From contig JASEFU010000001.1 of the NCBI GenBank assembly GCA_030018455.1, forward strand, positions 61,545 through 125,544: a stretch of DNA of 64,000 bases, in the 5' to 3' direction. The position numbers and the translations under genes are program-made. Below, one piece after another: positions 1-8,979 of this stretch (positions are counted from its first letter, which is position 1; each line of letters starts with the position of its first letter). The DNA comes from Dehalococcoidia bacterium (GTDB lineage Bacteria > Chloroflexota > Dehalococcoidia > DSTF01 > JALHUB01). The notes beneath the pieces are model-generated. The model was not told where the DNA came from. It did not search any database and was given only the letters and a program-made list of their open reading frames with translations.

Positions 1-127
1 CGAGGATTATGGGGATGCCCGCTTCGTCGAGGATGCGCGCTGTGGGGTAGTCGTAGGCGGTGAGCATGGGGATCTTTTCGCCCCGCTGCTTCATCGCCTT
101 CAACTCGTGGACGCTCAGTCGAGCCAT
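1..127 (-). CDS. panB: 3-methyl-2-oxobutanoate hydroxymethyltransferase PanB, N-terminal fragment (gene runs off the window start)
   Basis: Reverse-complement of 1-127 translates to [42 protein letters not shown], the canonical PanB N-terminus. ATG (rc) at 125-127, 7 nt after the panD stop. Confidence 0.6.
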   Translation of the reverse strand, partial: MARLSVHELKAMKQRGEKIPMLTAYDYPTARILDEAGIPIIL

Positions 128-543
128 GGCTGGACCTCCTGGCTGAACGGATCGGCGCGGCCGTGCGCGAGAGCGAACTCCTCGACGCGGGGGCCGATCC
201 AGGAGATGCGGTTGTTCTCATCGACGTGCACCACGCGCGGCCTCAGGTTTCGCGCCTCTTCTTCCGTGCACGGCGCGTATGTAAGAACGAGGACGATGTC
301 GCCAGGATGGACGAGGTGCGCAGCGGCGCCGTTTATGCACGCTTCGCCGCTGCCGCGGCAGCCGGGGATGGCGTAGGTGATCAGGCGGTTGCCGTTATCG
401 ACATCCAGGACGTGCACCTGCTCATAGGGCAGGATATCGGCCGCTTCCATCAGCTCGGGGTCGAGCGTAATGCTCCCCATATAGTTCAGGTCCGCCTCCG
501 TGACGCGCACGCGGTGGATCTTGCTCTTGAACATCAGCCTCAA
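115..543 (-). CDS. panD: aspartate 1-decarboxylase
   Basis: M(R)[26 protein letters not shown] matches the PanD pyruvoyl-enzyme N-terminus (cleavage Gly-Ser). TTG start at 543 is preceded by AAGGAGG 7 nt upstream. Confidence 0.85.
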   Translation of the reverse strand: MRLMFKSKIHRVRVTEADLNYMGSITLDPELMEAADILPYEQVHVLDVDNGNRLITYAIPGCRGSGEACINGAAAHLVHPGDIVLVLTYAPCTEEEARNLRPRVVHVDENNRISWIGPRVEEFALAHGRADPFSQEVQPWLD

Positions 544-592
544 GGCTCTACCTCCTTACTCCGCTCCGGACGCAGCGGTGGAAGCGATAACC

Positions 593-623
593 AAAAAGCC
601 CTTCCGGCCGGAACCGAAAGGGC
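593..623 (-). terminator. intrinsic terminator-like hairpin (GCCCTT...AAGGGC followed by TTTTT on the minus strand)
   Basis: Minus-strand reading gives GCCCTTTCGGTTCCGGCCGGAAGGGC followed by TTTTTGG. It lies downstream of the dmpA-like gene and upstream of panD. Confidence 0.45.
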
Positions 624-853
624 AAGCAAAGTCAGGCCATCTTGCACGTCTCGGTCGACCAGGCGATCCAAGCGGCTTTTATTGACTTTCGGAGGCTTCC
701 TGAGCCCCCTGGTTGGCGTCCGCAGCGCTTGCCCAGACGCCGGTTATTGCCCCACCCAAGGTCAATACCGACCATAGTATAGGTCTGAGAATGAGGGCTG
801 TCAAGCAAATCCGGGGAATGAATCCGGTGATTATTGTGTCGATGGGGTGCGGC

Positions 854-1831
854 CTACTGCCGCCCCGTCAGCCACTCCCGCGCCGACGGTACGCCCGCGA
901 GCCCCTTCGCCTCGCGGATGGCGTTCAGCACGGCCCGTTGCACCGCTTCTGCCGCCAGCGCGCCGATGACCCCGGCGTTCGCGGCGCCCGCGGCCTCGCT
1001 GGTCGCGAGCGCGAAGATCGCGTCGCCGTCGACGGGGCAGTGGGCAGGCCGGATGGCGCGGCTTATGCCGTCGTGCGCCATCTGCGCAACGGTCGTCGCC
1101 TGTGTTTTGGTTAGGGTCGCGTTCGTGGCCACGACACCGATGGTCGTATTCGCCAGCGGCAGCGTCGCGAACGGACCCGCCGTCCGCATGAGGTCGACCG
1201 CGCTCTCAAAGCGCCCCTGCTCGCCCCGCACGCCGGCCACGATCTGCCCCGTCTGCGGGTCGACGATCTCCCCAAACGCGTTCACCGCCACGAGCGCCCC
1301 GACGACCACCTCGCCGGTCCTCTCGCTCGCCGTGCCGATGCCGCCCTTAAGCCCGCGCGCTATCGTCCGCACCTTGGCGACGGTCGCGCCCGTGCCCGCG
1401 CCCACGCTGCCTTGCGCGACGCGCCCCCCTTTCGCTGCCTTGCAGGCCCGGTAGCCGGCCTCAGCGTTCGGCCGCACATCGTGGCGTCCGATGTTGAGGT
1501 CGAAGAGGACGGCGCCGCAGACGATCGGGATCACCGAACCGCCGTAGGAGAAGCCGATGCCGCGCTCCTCGAGGTAGCGCATGATACCGGAGCCGACGTC
1601 GAGCCCAAACGCGCTGCCGCCGGTGAGGAAGACGGCGTGCACCTGCTGGACGAGCGCCTCGGGGCGCAACAGCGACGCCTCGCGGGTGCCCGGGGCGCCG
1701 CCGCGCACGTCCACGCCGGCGACCGCGCCCTTCTTGCAGAGGACGACTGTGCAGCCGGTGGCGGCCCTCCGGTCCGTCCAGTGCCCGACGAGTATGCCGG
1801 GGACGTCCGTTATCGCGTCGTGTCTTCTCAT
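854..1831 (-). CDS. peptidase S58 / DmpA-family (L-aminopeptidase, D-Ala-esterase/amidase-like) protein
   Basis: 325 aa. The Gly-rich autoproteolytic-family pattern (…FLTGGSAFGLDVGSGIMRYLEERGIGF…IVCGAVLFDL…IGVVATNATL…) is typical of DmpA/ArgJ-fold P1 peptidases. Confidence 0.6.
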   Translation of the reverse strand: MRRHDAITDVPGILVGHWTDRRAATGCTVVLCKKGAVAGVDVRGGAPGTREASLLRPEALVQQVHAVFLTGGSAFGLDVGSGIMRYLEERGIGFSYGGSVIPIVCGAVLFDLNIGRHDVRPNAEAGYRACKAAKGGRVAQGSVGAGTGATVAKVRTIARGLKGGIGTASERTGEVVVGALVAVNAFGEIVDPQTGQIVAGVRGEQGRFESAVDLMRTAGPFATLPLANTTIGVVATNATLTKTQATTVAQMAHDGISRAIRPAHCPVDGDAIFALATSEAAGAANAGVIGALAAEAVQRAVLNAIREAKGLAGVPSAREWLTGRQ

Positions 1832-1939
1832 CTCATAGGGCGAGCATCTTGCCTGCCGCGCATGTCCTGGTTTATGCGCCTCTTCCGCAACATTGAAGCG
1901 TGGCCCGAATCGCCCCTGGTCGGGTACGGAGCGCCGACC

Positions 1940-2773
1940 CTACGGGGAACCGGGCGCAGGCTGGCAGCGCGGACAGAAGTGGGCGCTGCGGCCTCCTACC
2001 TTCGCCCGCTGGATTTCGGCGCCGCAAACATAGCACGGCTGCCCCGTACGGCGGAAGACCTTCACCTTGATCTGGTGCCGCCCTGCCTGCCCGTTCGCAT
2101 CGACGTAATCGCGGAACGACGACCCGCGGTTGCCGAGGGCCTCGCGCAGCACCTCACGTATGCCGCGCCGAACGCCCTTCACCTCTCGCTCCGACAGGGA
2201 ATCGGCGCGACGCAGCGGGTTGACGCGCGCCGCGAAAAGCGCCTCGTCGGCGTAGATGTTGCCGAGTCCCGCCAGCGTCTTCTGGTCCATCAGCACGGCC
2301 TTAACCGGCGCCCGCCGCCGCTCGAAGGCGCGTTGCAGGTAGCCGGCCGTGAACCGATCCGACAGGGCGTCGGGGCCGAGCTTGTCGGTTACCGCTCGCA
2401 AGTCCTCGACGAGGCGCAGTCGCCCCAGCTTGCGCAGGTCGGCGTAACGCAGGTCCGCACCGTTGTCGAGCGAAAGGACGGCGCGAAGATACGGGTCATC
2501 GGTGTCGCCGGCGTTGCGGAGGAGGAGCGAGCCGGTCATGCGCAGGTGGACGGCGAGGTGGAGCCCGCCCGAGAGCGCGAACAGGAGGTACTTCCCCCGC
2601 CGTTCGATCCCCTCGATGCGGCGTCCCTTCAGCTTGCTGCGGAACGTGACGGGCGAGGCGCCCTCGACGGTCGGCACGCGGTCGCGGACGATGCGGACGG
2701 CGGTTATGGAGCGTCCGACGACGCGGGGCGCGAGGTCGCGGCGTATCGTTTCTACTTCCGGCAGCTCAGGCAT
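1940..2773 (-). CDS. mutM: formamidopyrimidine-DNA glycosylase (Fpg/MutM)
   Basis: Starts MPELPEVETIRR (catalytic Pro2/Glu3). 277 aa with a C-terminal CxxC...CxxC zinc finger (CYVCGAEI…FCPRC). Confidence 0.9.
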   Translation of the reverse strand: MPELPEVETIRRDLAPRVVGRSITAVRIVRDRVPTVEGASPVTFRSKLKGRRIEGIERRGKYLLFALSGGLHLAVHLRMTGSLLLRNAGDTDDPYLRAVLSLDNGADLRYADLRKLGRLRLVEDLRAVTDKLGPDALSDRFTAGYLQRAFERRRAPVKAVLMDQKTLAGLGNIYADEALFAARVNPLRRADSLSEREVKGVRRGIREVLREALGNRGSSFRDYVDANGQAGRHQIKVKVFRRTGQPCYVCGAEIQRAKVGGRSAHFCPRCQPAPGSP

Positions 2774-3134
2774 GGGGAGCGCATTTGGGACGGGGTCGGC
2801 ACACGGTTCCGGGGTTTCAAACTCTCGGCCTAGCGCGACGCTGTCAGGCGCGGGCCGCGGGATTCATCCCACAGAACCGTCCAGTCATCCATCGTCTCTA
2901 CCTCGGGCAACTCAGCCAAATCAGGGGGAGCCCGGAGGGCGATGTCCCTCTCCGGCGGGAGTCTGGACCCGCCTCCCGGCAAAGCAGGTGTGTCCCCCCG
3001 GCACTAACAAACGCCCCGCGGGTGGGCGGCGGGAAGATGGGCGCAAGTGTTCCGGCGATAACGCCAACGCCGTACAGGAACGCCACGCTTCATTCCTGGT
3101 CAACACCTTACATCCGCCTGGAAGAGCACCGGGA

Positions 3135-5918
3135 TTACACTTCGCCCCAGTTCTTGCCCAGCTTCACGTCCACCTTCAGCGGCACGTCCAGCTCCAGCGA
3201 CGCCGGCATGATCCGCAGCACCATCTCCCGCAGGTCGGTCATCTCCGAGGCCGGCCCTTCGAAGATCAGCTCGTCGTGCACCTGCAGCAGCATCTTCGAA
3301 CGCATCTTCCGCGCCTCGAGCTCCGCGTCCAGCCTGTCCATCGCCACTTTGATGATGTCGGCGGCGGTCCCCTGCACCGGCATGTTGATCGCGATGCGCT
3401 CGGCGGCGCCCCGCACCTGCGGGTTCGCCGAGTTGATCGCCGGGATGTAGCGCCGGCGCCCCATCATCGTCTCCGCGTACCCCTTCACCCGCGCGTCGCC
3501 TATCACCTCCTCGCGCCATTCCTTCACGCGCGCGTACTTCTCGAAATAGCGGTTGATGAACTCTGTCGCCTCCTCGCGCGATATCCCCTCGCGCTGCGAC
3601 AGCCCGAACCCCGTCAGCCCGTACAGCACGCCGAAGTTGAACACTTTCGCCCGCCTTCGCATCGTCGGCGTCACCTCCTCGATGGGAACGCCGAACACCT
3701 GCGACGCCGTCGCCGCGTGGATGTCCTCGTCCTGCCGGAACGCTTCCAGGAGGCCGGGGTCTTTGCACAGGTGCGCCAGGATGCGCAGCTCCACCTGTGA
3801 GTAGTCGGCGGCGAGCAAGTAGGGGTCCGGGCCTACGTCTCGAGCGATGAACGCGGCCCGGATCTGGCCCCCCAGTTCGCCCCGCACGGGGATGTTTTGC
3901 AGGTTCGGGTCGTTTGACGACAGCCGGCCTGTCGCCGTGATCGTCTGGTTGAACGTCGTGTGGATGCGGCCGGTGTTCGGGTTGATAAGCGCGGGCAGCG
4001 TGTCTATGTAAGTCGACTTCAGTTTCGTAAGCTGGCGGTACGTCAGGATCATGTCGATAACCGGATGGGCGTCCCGCAGCGCCTCGAGCACCATCGCGTC
4101 GGTTGCGTAGCCCTGCTGCCTCACCTTGCGCGGCTTCGGCAGCCCGATCTCCTCAAACAGCACCACCGAAAGCTGCTGCGGCGACCCGATGTTGAACTGG
4201 TGCCCGCAGGCCTCGTATATCTGCTGTTCCAGCGCGACAATCTGCGTCTCCAGTTGCTGCGACATCTCCCGCAAGACCGCCACATCGATCGCTACGCCTG
4301 CCAGCTCCATGCGCGTGAGCACCGGCACCAGCGGCATCTCAACTTCCGTGAAGAGGCTCCACAGGTTCTGTTCCTTCAGCTCCTTCTCGAGTAGCGCGCG
4401 CAGACGGAAAGTCACGTCGGCGTCGCCGCATGAGTAATCGGCGACGGCGCTCACAGGCGCCTGCGCCATCGAGAGCTGCTTCGGCCCGCGCCTGCCGAGG
4501 ATCTCCGTGATGTCCGTCATCTCGATGCCTAGGCGGCGCGACGCCAGCCACTTCAGGCTCAGCGATCCCTCGCCCGGCCGGTACGCCTCCGAGCCGCCGC
4601 CCTCGCCGAGCAGATACGCGGCGACCATCGTGTCAAACGCAAGGCCGCGGACAGTCACGCCGTGGTTCGCGAGCACCACCATGTCGTACTTGCCGTTGTG
4701 CGCCACTTTGGGGCGCAGCCCGTCCTCCAGCACCGGGCCGAGCTTCGACAGCACGGTCGAAAGCGGCAACTGCGGCCTGCCGCCGAGCTCCGCGATGTGC
4801 CCGACGGGGATGTAGAACGCCTCCGCGATGGAATCGGAGAACGACAGGCCGACGAGCCGCGCGCGCATGGCATGTATCTCGTCCGTCTCGGTGTCGAACG
4901 AGAAACTCTCGGCCTTGGACAACCGTTGCGCCAGCGAGTCCAGCTCCTCTTCGTCGTAGATGCAGTGGTATATCTTCTCCGGCGCTCCCAGCTCGACCGG
5001 GGGCGCCTTCTCTTCCAGGGGACGCACGTACTCGGGCAGTCTGCCCATCAGGGTCCGGAACTCCAGCTCGCGGAAGATCTCCAGGACCTTCTGTCGGTCG
5101 TACCCTTTAAGCTCGGCGGCCTTGAGATCGAGGCTGACGGGCACGTCCGTGCGGATCGTCGCCATCTCCTTACTGTGGCGCGCTTCTTCTTCGTGGGCGG
5201 CGAGCGTCTCCCGCAGCTTCGACGGCTCGACGAGATCGAGGTGCTCGTAGATTGTCTCGACGCTGCCGAACTGCTCGATGAGACGCACTGCCGTTTTCTC
5301 GCCGACGCCGGGCACGCCGGGAATGTTGTCCGACACGTCGCCCTTGAGCCCTTTGAAGTCCGGCATCTGCTGCGGATCGAAACCGTAGCGCTCGCGCGCC
5401 GACCTCTCGTCGTAGACGACGGTGTCGCGCTGGTAAGGGCGGAACATGAAGAGTTTTACGTTCGGCCGCAGAAGCTGGACCATGTCGCTGTCCAGGCTGA
5501 CGACGTACGTCTCGATGCCCTGCTCCGCAGCCTGTCGCGCGAGAGTCCCGAGCACGTCGTCGGCCTCGAAGCCCTCGACCTGAAAAATGGGGATGTTGAA
5601 CGCCTCGATCAGCTCCACACAGCGCGCGAACTGCTCGCGCAGGTCTTCGGGCGCACCGGGGCGCTGCGCTTTATACGTGTCGTCAAGCTCGTGTCGGAAC
5701 GTCGGCCCCTTGGGGTCAAGGGCGACGATTATGTGCGTTGGGCGAAGCTGTTCGAGCACGCTCAGCAGCGTGTTGGCGAGCCCGTATACCGCGGTCACCA
5801 CTTCGCCCGTCTTGCGCACGACCAGCGGCTCGCGGAAAGCGTGATACGCGCGGTGGATGATGCCGTGTCCGTCGAGGAGCGCCAGCAGGGGTTTGTCGGT
5901 ATCCGAAGCCATCGACAC
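3135..5918 (-). CDS. polA: DNA polymerase I
   Basis: 927 aa. N-terminal 5'-3' exonuclease region (LLLDGHGIIHRAYHAF), 3'-5' exo-like middle region, and C-terminal polymerase motifs (…RRRAKVFNFGVLYG…, …QVHDELIFE…). Confidence 0.95.
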   Translation of the reverse strand: MSMASDTDKPLLALLDGHGIIHRAYHAFREPLVVRKTGEVVTAVYGLANTLLSVLEQLRPTHIIVALDPKGPTFRHELDDTYKAQRPGAPEDLREQFARCVELIEAFNIPIFQVEGFEADDVLGTLARQAAEQGIETYVVSLDSDMVQLLRPNVKLFMFRPYQRDTVVYDERSARERYGFDPQQMPDFKGLKGDVSDNIPGVPGVGEKTAVRLIEQFGSVETIYEHLDLVEPSKLRETLAAHEEEARHSKEMATIRTDVPVSLDLKAAELKGYDRQKVLEIFRELEFRTLMGRLPEYVRPLEEKAPPVELGAPEKIYHCIYDEEELDSLAQRLSKAESFSFDTETDEIHAMRARLVGLSFSDSIAEAFYIPVGHIAELGGRPQLPLSTVLSKLGPVLEDGLRPKVAHNGKYDMVVLANHGVTVRGLAFDTMVAAYLLGEGGGSEAYRPGEGSLSLKWLASRRLGIEMTDITEILGRRGPKQLSMAQAPVSAVADYSCGDADVTFRLRALLEKELKEQNLWSLFTEVEMPLVPVLTRMELAGVAIDVAVLREMSQQLETQIVALEQQIYEACGHQFNIGSPQQLSVVLFEEIGLPKPRKVRQQGYATDAMVLEALRDAHPVIDMILTYRQLTKLKSTYIDTLPALINPNTGRIHTTFNQTITATGRLSSNDPNLQNIPVRGELGGQIRAAFIARDVGPDPYLLAADYSQVELRILAHLCKDPGLLEAFRQDEDIHAATASQVFGVPIEEVTPTMRRRAKVFNFGVLYGLTGFGLSQREGISREEATEFINRYFEKYARVKEWREEVIGDARVKGYAETMMGRRRYIPAINSANPQVRGAAERIAINMPVQGTAADIIKVAMDRLDAELEARKMRSKMLLQVHDELIFEGPASEMTDLREMVLRIMPASLELDVPLKVDVKLGKNWGEV

Positions 5919-5977
5919 GATTATAGCATCGGAAGCGGCGGCTGCGAAGGAGCGCGGATGGCCTGCTCACCGGCGAC

Positions 5978-6598
5978 GTGCTAGGATCGCGGTCGGGGTC
6001 TCGATACGTGGTCCTTCACCTTCTGCTCGTGCGCCTGAAAGCGCGGGACCGTCACGAAAACGGGGAAGCGCTCGTCTCCCGATTCCTGCGCCTTCAACAC
6101 GCCTGCGAAGTGTTGCGCCTCGGCTGCGTCGTTGGCAGCCGCGCCGGCTCCACGCACGATCTCGCGCTCTTCGCCTACCTCGCGGACGCCGCCGCCCTCG
6201 AGCGCTTCGGCACCGACGCCCGCTACATGCGGTTTCTTCAGCAGTCCTTCCTGCCTGCCGTCGGCGATTTCGTGACCATGGACATCGTCATCGACGACGG
6301 CCCGCTGCCGGAGAACCGACCATCCGCTCTTTGCTTCTGCCTCAACGTCGCGCCGGCCACCTACGACTGGCAGGTGCGCTCGCTCCTCGAGAGGTTCATC
6401 GCCGCGCCGGGCGCGTCCGCGGCATCGCTGGGAATGGCGCTGAACGACCGCCAGCCGTACAGGGCAGGGGGTGTGGTGTATGCGCCGAAGGGGCAGATCG
6501 AGGCGTTTGCGGAGATGTTTCGGGAGCTGGCGGCTGAGGCCGTTGTCACCGGCGCAGTATCGGTTGCGGGCGGGCTGACCCTTCAGGCAACCGGCTGA
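5978..6598 (+). CDS. Dabb (stress-responsive alpha/beta-barrel) domain protein, possibly two tandem barrel domains
   Basis: VVLHLLLVRLKAR…LGCVVGSR…HDLALFAYLADAAALERF…FLPAVGDFVTMDIVID resembles Dabb/EthD-like ~100-aa barrels. The second half is weakly similar. Start codon uncertain. Confidence 0.4.
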   Translation: MLGSRSGSRYVVLHLLLVRLKARDRHENGEALVSRFLRLQHACEVLRLGCVVGSRAGSTHDLALFAYLADAAALERFGTDARYMRFLQQSFLPAVGDFVTMDIVIDDGPLPENRPSALCFCLNVAPATYDWQVRSLLERFIAAPGASAASLGMALNDRQPYRAGGVVYAPKGQIEAFAEMFRELAAEAVVTGAVSVAGGLTLQATG

Positions 6599-6602
6599 CG
6601 TT

Positions 6603-7697
6603 TCACTGTGCCGCCTGTCCCGCTTTCAATTGCTCGCGCGCCACTTTTTCGACAACCGTGAGCGCCTGCTCAATGTCCTCGCGGTCGACACCGTAGTGGG
6701 TGACCATCCGCACGCGGTCGGGCCCGACCGGCAACGCCAAGACTCCTCGCTCCGAAAGCGCCGTGAGAAAATCCCGCATCTCCCACCGCTCGTCGATCGA
6801 GAAGATCACGATGTTTGTAGGCGCGCGGGCGGGATCGATCGAAATGCCTTCAATAGACGAAAGCCCTTCGGCCAGCGCGCGTGCGTTCTCGTGGTCCTCC
6901 GCCAGCCGGTCGACCATCTTTTCAAGCGCGACGATGCCGGCCGCGCCCAGGATGCCGACCTGACGCATGGCGCCGCCGACCCATCGCCGCGACTGCCGCG
7001 CCCGCACGATGAACTCGCCACTGCCGCAGAGGACGGAGCCCACCGGCGCCGATAGCCCTTTCGACAAGCAGAACATCACCGAGTCCGCTTCTCTCGCCAG
7101 CTCGGCGGCAGGCACACCGAGCGCGACGGCGGCGTTGAATATGCGGGCTCCATCCAGATGCAGGGGGACGCCACGCTCGTGCGCCACCTCCGCCACCCGG
7201 GCCGTGTACTCGGCGCTCAAGGGGACGCCGCCGCAGCGCATGTGTGTGTTCTCCAGGCAAACGAGGGTAATGGGCGGGCCCTGGCTCTCCCACAGGACCT
7301 TGTCAAGCTCCGCGACGTCGATGCGCCCGTCCTCGTCGTTCGGCAGCTCACGCATATCGACGCCGACGAGGTGGCTTATCCCCTCGCCTTCGTAGTAGTG
7401 GATGTGGGCCTCGCTCCCGACAATTATGCGATCGTCGGCCTCGCAATGCGTCAGCACGGCCACGAGGTTGCCCATCGTCCCGCTGGCGACGAAAAGAGCG
7501 TCTTCTTTGCCCAGCTTTTCGGCGGCGATGCTCTCCAACCGCTTTATCGTCGGGTCCTCATGGTGGACGTCATCACCGACTTCCGCCCTGTACATCGCTT
7601 CGCGCATCTCTTGAGTGGGGAGCGTCACCGTGTCGCTGCGAAGGTCGATCGTCTTCACAGTTGCCTCCTCGGGCTTGCGCAACGTCTCATCGCCCAC
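6603..7697 (-). CDS. ltaE: low-specificity L-threonine aldolase (PLP-dependent)
   Basis: IDLRSDTVTLPT motif near the N-terminus, fold-type I PLP enzyme length (364 aa), and FCLSKGLSAPVGSV (PLP-lysine region). Confidence 0.8.
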   Translation of the reverse strand: MGDETLRKPEEATVKTIDLRSDTVTLPTQEMREAMYRAEVGDDVHHEDPTIKRLESIAAEKLGKEDALFVASGTMGNLVAVLTHCEADDRIIVGSEAHIHYYEGEGISHLVGVDMRELPNDEDGRIDVAELDKVLWESQGPPITLVCLENTHMRCGGVPLSAEYTARVAEVAHERGVPLHLDGARIFNAAVALGVPAAELAREADSVMFCLSKGLSAPVGSVLCGSGEFIVRARQSRRWVGGAMRQVGILGAAGIVALEKMVDRLAEDHENARALAEGLSSIEGISIDPARAPTNIVIFSIDERWEMRDFLTALSERGVLALPVGPDRVRMVTHYGVDREDIEQALTVVEKVAREQLKAGQAAQ

Positions 7698-7748
7698 ATT
7701 ATAGATGCAAGAAGGCAGGAGTTCATCTCCTGCCTTTCGCGTTCTGTA

Positions 7749-7825
7749 TGGTAGCGCATGCGGGATTCGAACCCGCGATCTCCGCCTTGAGAGGGCGGTG
7801 TCCTGGGCCGCTAGACGAATGCGCC
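7749..7825 (-). tRNA. tRNA-Glu (anticodon CUC)
   Basis: rc = GGCGCATTCGTCTAGCGGCCCAGGACACCGCCCTCTCAAGGCGGAGATCGCGGGTTCGAATCCCGCATGCGCTACCA. Cloverleaf with tRNA-Glu-typical D-arm (GUCUAGCGGCCCAGGAC), anticodon loop CUCUCAA, encoded CCA. First acceptor pair is G1·U72. Confidence 0.85.
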
Positions 7826-7861
7826 GAACCTATTATCGTTGAACCCGCGCTGCGGCGCAAC

Positions 7862-8092
7862 CTACTGCGCGTCTTGCAGGCTCTCAGCGCCCTTCGCCGT
7901 CAGCTCGTACCGCTCGCCCGCCACTTCGACGAGCCCGGCGTAGGAAAGCTCCCGCAGCCCGCTCCGAACACGGAAAAGTGACATGTTGGTCTTTTCGGCG
8001 ACCTCTTCGGGCGAACGGGGGCCTTCCTTCAGGGCGCTCAGCATCGCCCTTCCCGATGCCGTCGGCTTGCCTTCAGGCGTAACGCATGCCAC
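7862..8092 (-). CDS. small winged-helix DNA-binding protein (putative transcriptional regulator)
   Basis: …MLSALKEGPRSPEEVAEKTNMSLFRVRSGLRELSYAGLVE… is a wHTH recognition-helix pattern. True start may be the internal Met (about 60 aa). Confidence 0.4.
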   Translation of the reverse strand: MACVTPEGKPTASGRAMLSALKEGPRSPEEVAEKTNMSLFRVRSGLRELSYAGLVEVAGERYELTAKGAESLQDAQ

Positions 8093-8096
8093 GGCG

Positions 8097-8744
8097 TCAC
8101 ACCTTCTTCCGACACAGGTACCAGTCTGTGCAGTCGTAGCCCTCGGTGAGCCGTTCCTCCGCGCCTTCCTGCGTCAGCGGCGGCGGGACGATCACGGGGT
8201 CGCCGGGGCGCCAGTTGGCCGGCGTCGCCACGTTGTGCTCGTCCGTCGTTTGCAGAGCATCGATCAGTCGCACGATCTCGTCCATGTTCCGCCCCGCGCT
8301 CAGCGGGTAATACAGCATCGCCCGTACTATCTGGTTAGGGTCGATGATGAAAACGCAGCGCACGGCCTCGGTGTTGCTCTGATCGGGGTGGATCATGCCG
8401 TAGGCGTTTGCCACCACTTTGTTCAGATCGGCGATGATGGGGTACTGGATTTTCACGCCGGTCTTCTCCTCAATGTTGCGCAACCAGGCAATATGCGAAA
8501 AGACGCTGTCGATGCTGAGCCCGAGCAGGTCGACGCCGCGCTTCTGCAGCTCGTCGTATATCTCGGCGAAAGCGATGAACTCGGTTGTGCATACGGGCGT
8601 GAAATCGGCGGGGTGTGAGAAAAGGACAAGCCAACGGCCGCGAAAATCGTCAAGAGTGAGGGTTCCCTGCGTGGTCTGCGCTACGAAGTCGGGTGCGGGG
8701 CCGCCGAGCCGCGGCAGGCCGATTGTCTCACCCACCTCTACCAT
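8097..8744 (-). CDS. peroxiredoxin (1-Cys / Prx6-type thiol peroxidase)
   Basis: PAPDFVAQTTQG…WLVLFSHPADFTPVCTTE (peroxidatic Cys in the PxDFTPVCTTE motif). Start moved to the internal Met (MVEVGETIG) because the longer ORF (to 8813) would overlap tRNA-Gln. Confidence 0.85.
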   Translation of the reverse strand: MVEVGETIGLPRLGGPAPDFVAQTTQGTLTLDDFRGRWLVLFSHPADFTPVCTTEFIAFAEIYDELQKRGVDLLGLSIDSVFSHIAWLRNIEEKTGVKIQYPIIADLNKVVANAYGMIHPDQSNTEAVRCVFIIDPNQIVRAMLYYPLSAGRNMDEIVRLIDALQTTDEHNVATPANWRPGDPVIVPPPLTQEGAEERLTEGYDCTDWYLCRKKV

Positions 8745-8781
8745 TCGGCACCTCCCTGTGAATCGGCTGCGTAGAAAGAAT

Positions 8782-8855
8782 TGGCTGGGGAGGGAGGATT
8801 CGAACCCCCGCATACGGATCCAGAGTCCGCTGTCCTACCTCTAGACGACTCCCCA
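8782..8855 (-). tRNA. tRNA-Gln (anticodon CUG)
   Basis: rc = TGGGGAGTCGTCTAGAGGTAGGACAGCGGACTCTGGATCCGTATGCGGGGGTTCGAATCCTCCCTCCCCAGCCA. U1-A72 first pair as in bacterial tRNA-Gln, anticodon loop CUCUGGA, encoded CCA. Confidence 0.85.
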
Positions 8856-8979
8856 ACCGAACCTCATTCTATCATGGGGTTCTCAGGGCGTAAACAGAGA
8901 CGAATACGGCGGGAGCACGCCTGAGCTGCGCGCGCCGGGCGGCACAGCGCGAAACGATGTGCGCCGGGATATCGTGCCC

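Noticed and set aside
163-777. 204-aa plus-strand ORF overlapping panD
   Set aside because: Antisense to the well-supported panD gene, low-complexity Arg/Ala-rich translation typical of GC-rich antisense frames.
1412-2833. 473-aa plus-strand ORF across the dmpA-like/fpg region
   Set aside because: Fully antisense to two confidently identified genes. Composition is Arg/Ala/Gly-rich with no motifs.
3100-5984. Several 200-440-aa ORFs (3100-3768 -, 2463-3800 +, 4662-5984 +) inside polA
   Set aside because: Alternate frames or antisense of DNA polymerase I; GC-rich artefacts.
8745-8813. N-terminal 23 codons of the six-frame peroxiredoxin ORF
   Set aside because: Would overlap the tRNA-Gln gene by about 30 nt. 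The conserved Prx sequence starts at the internal Met.
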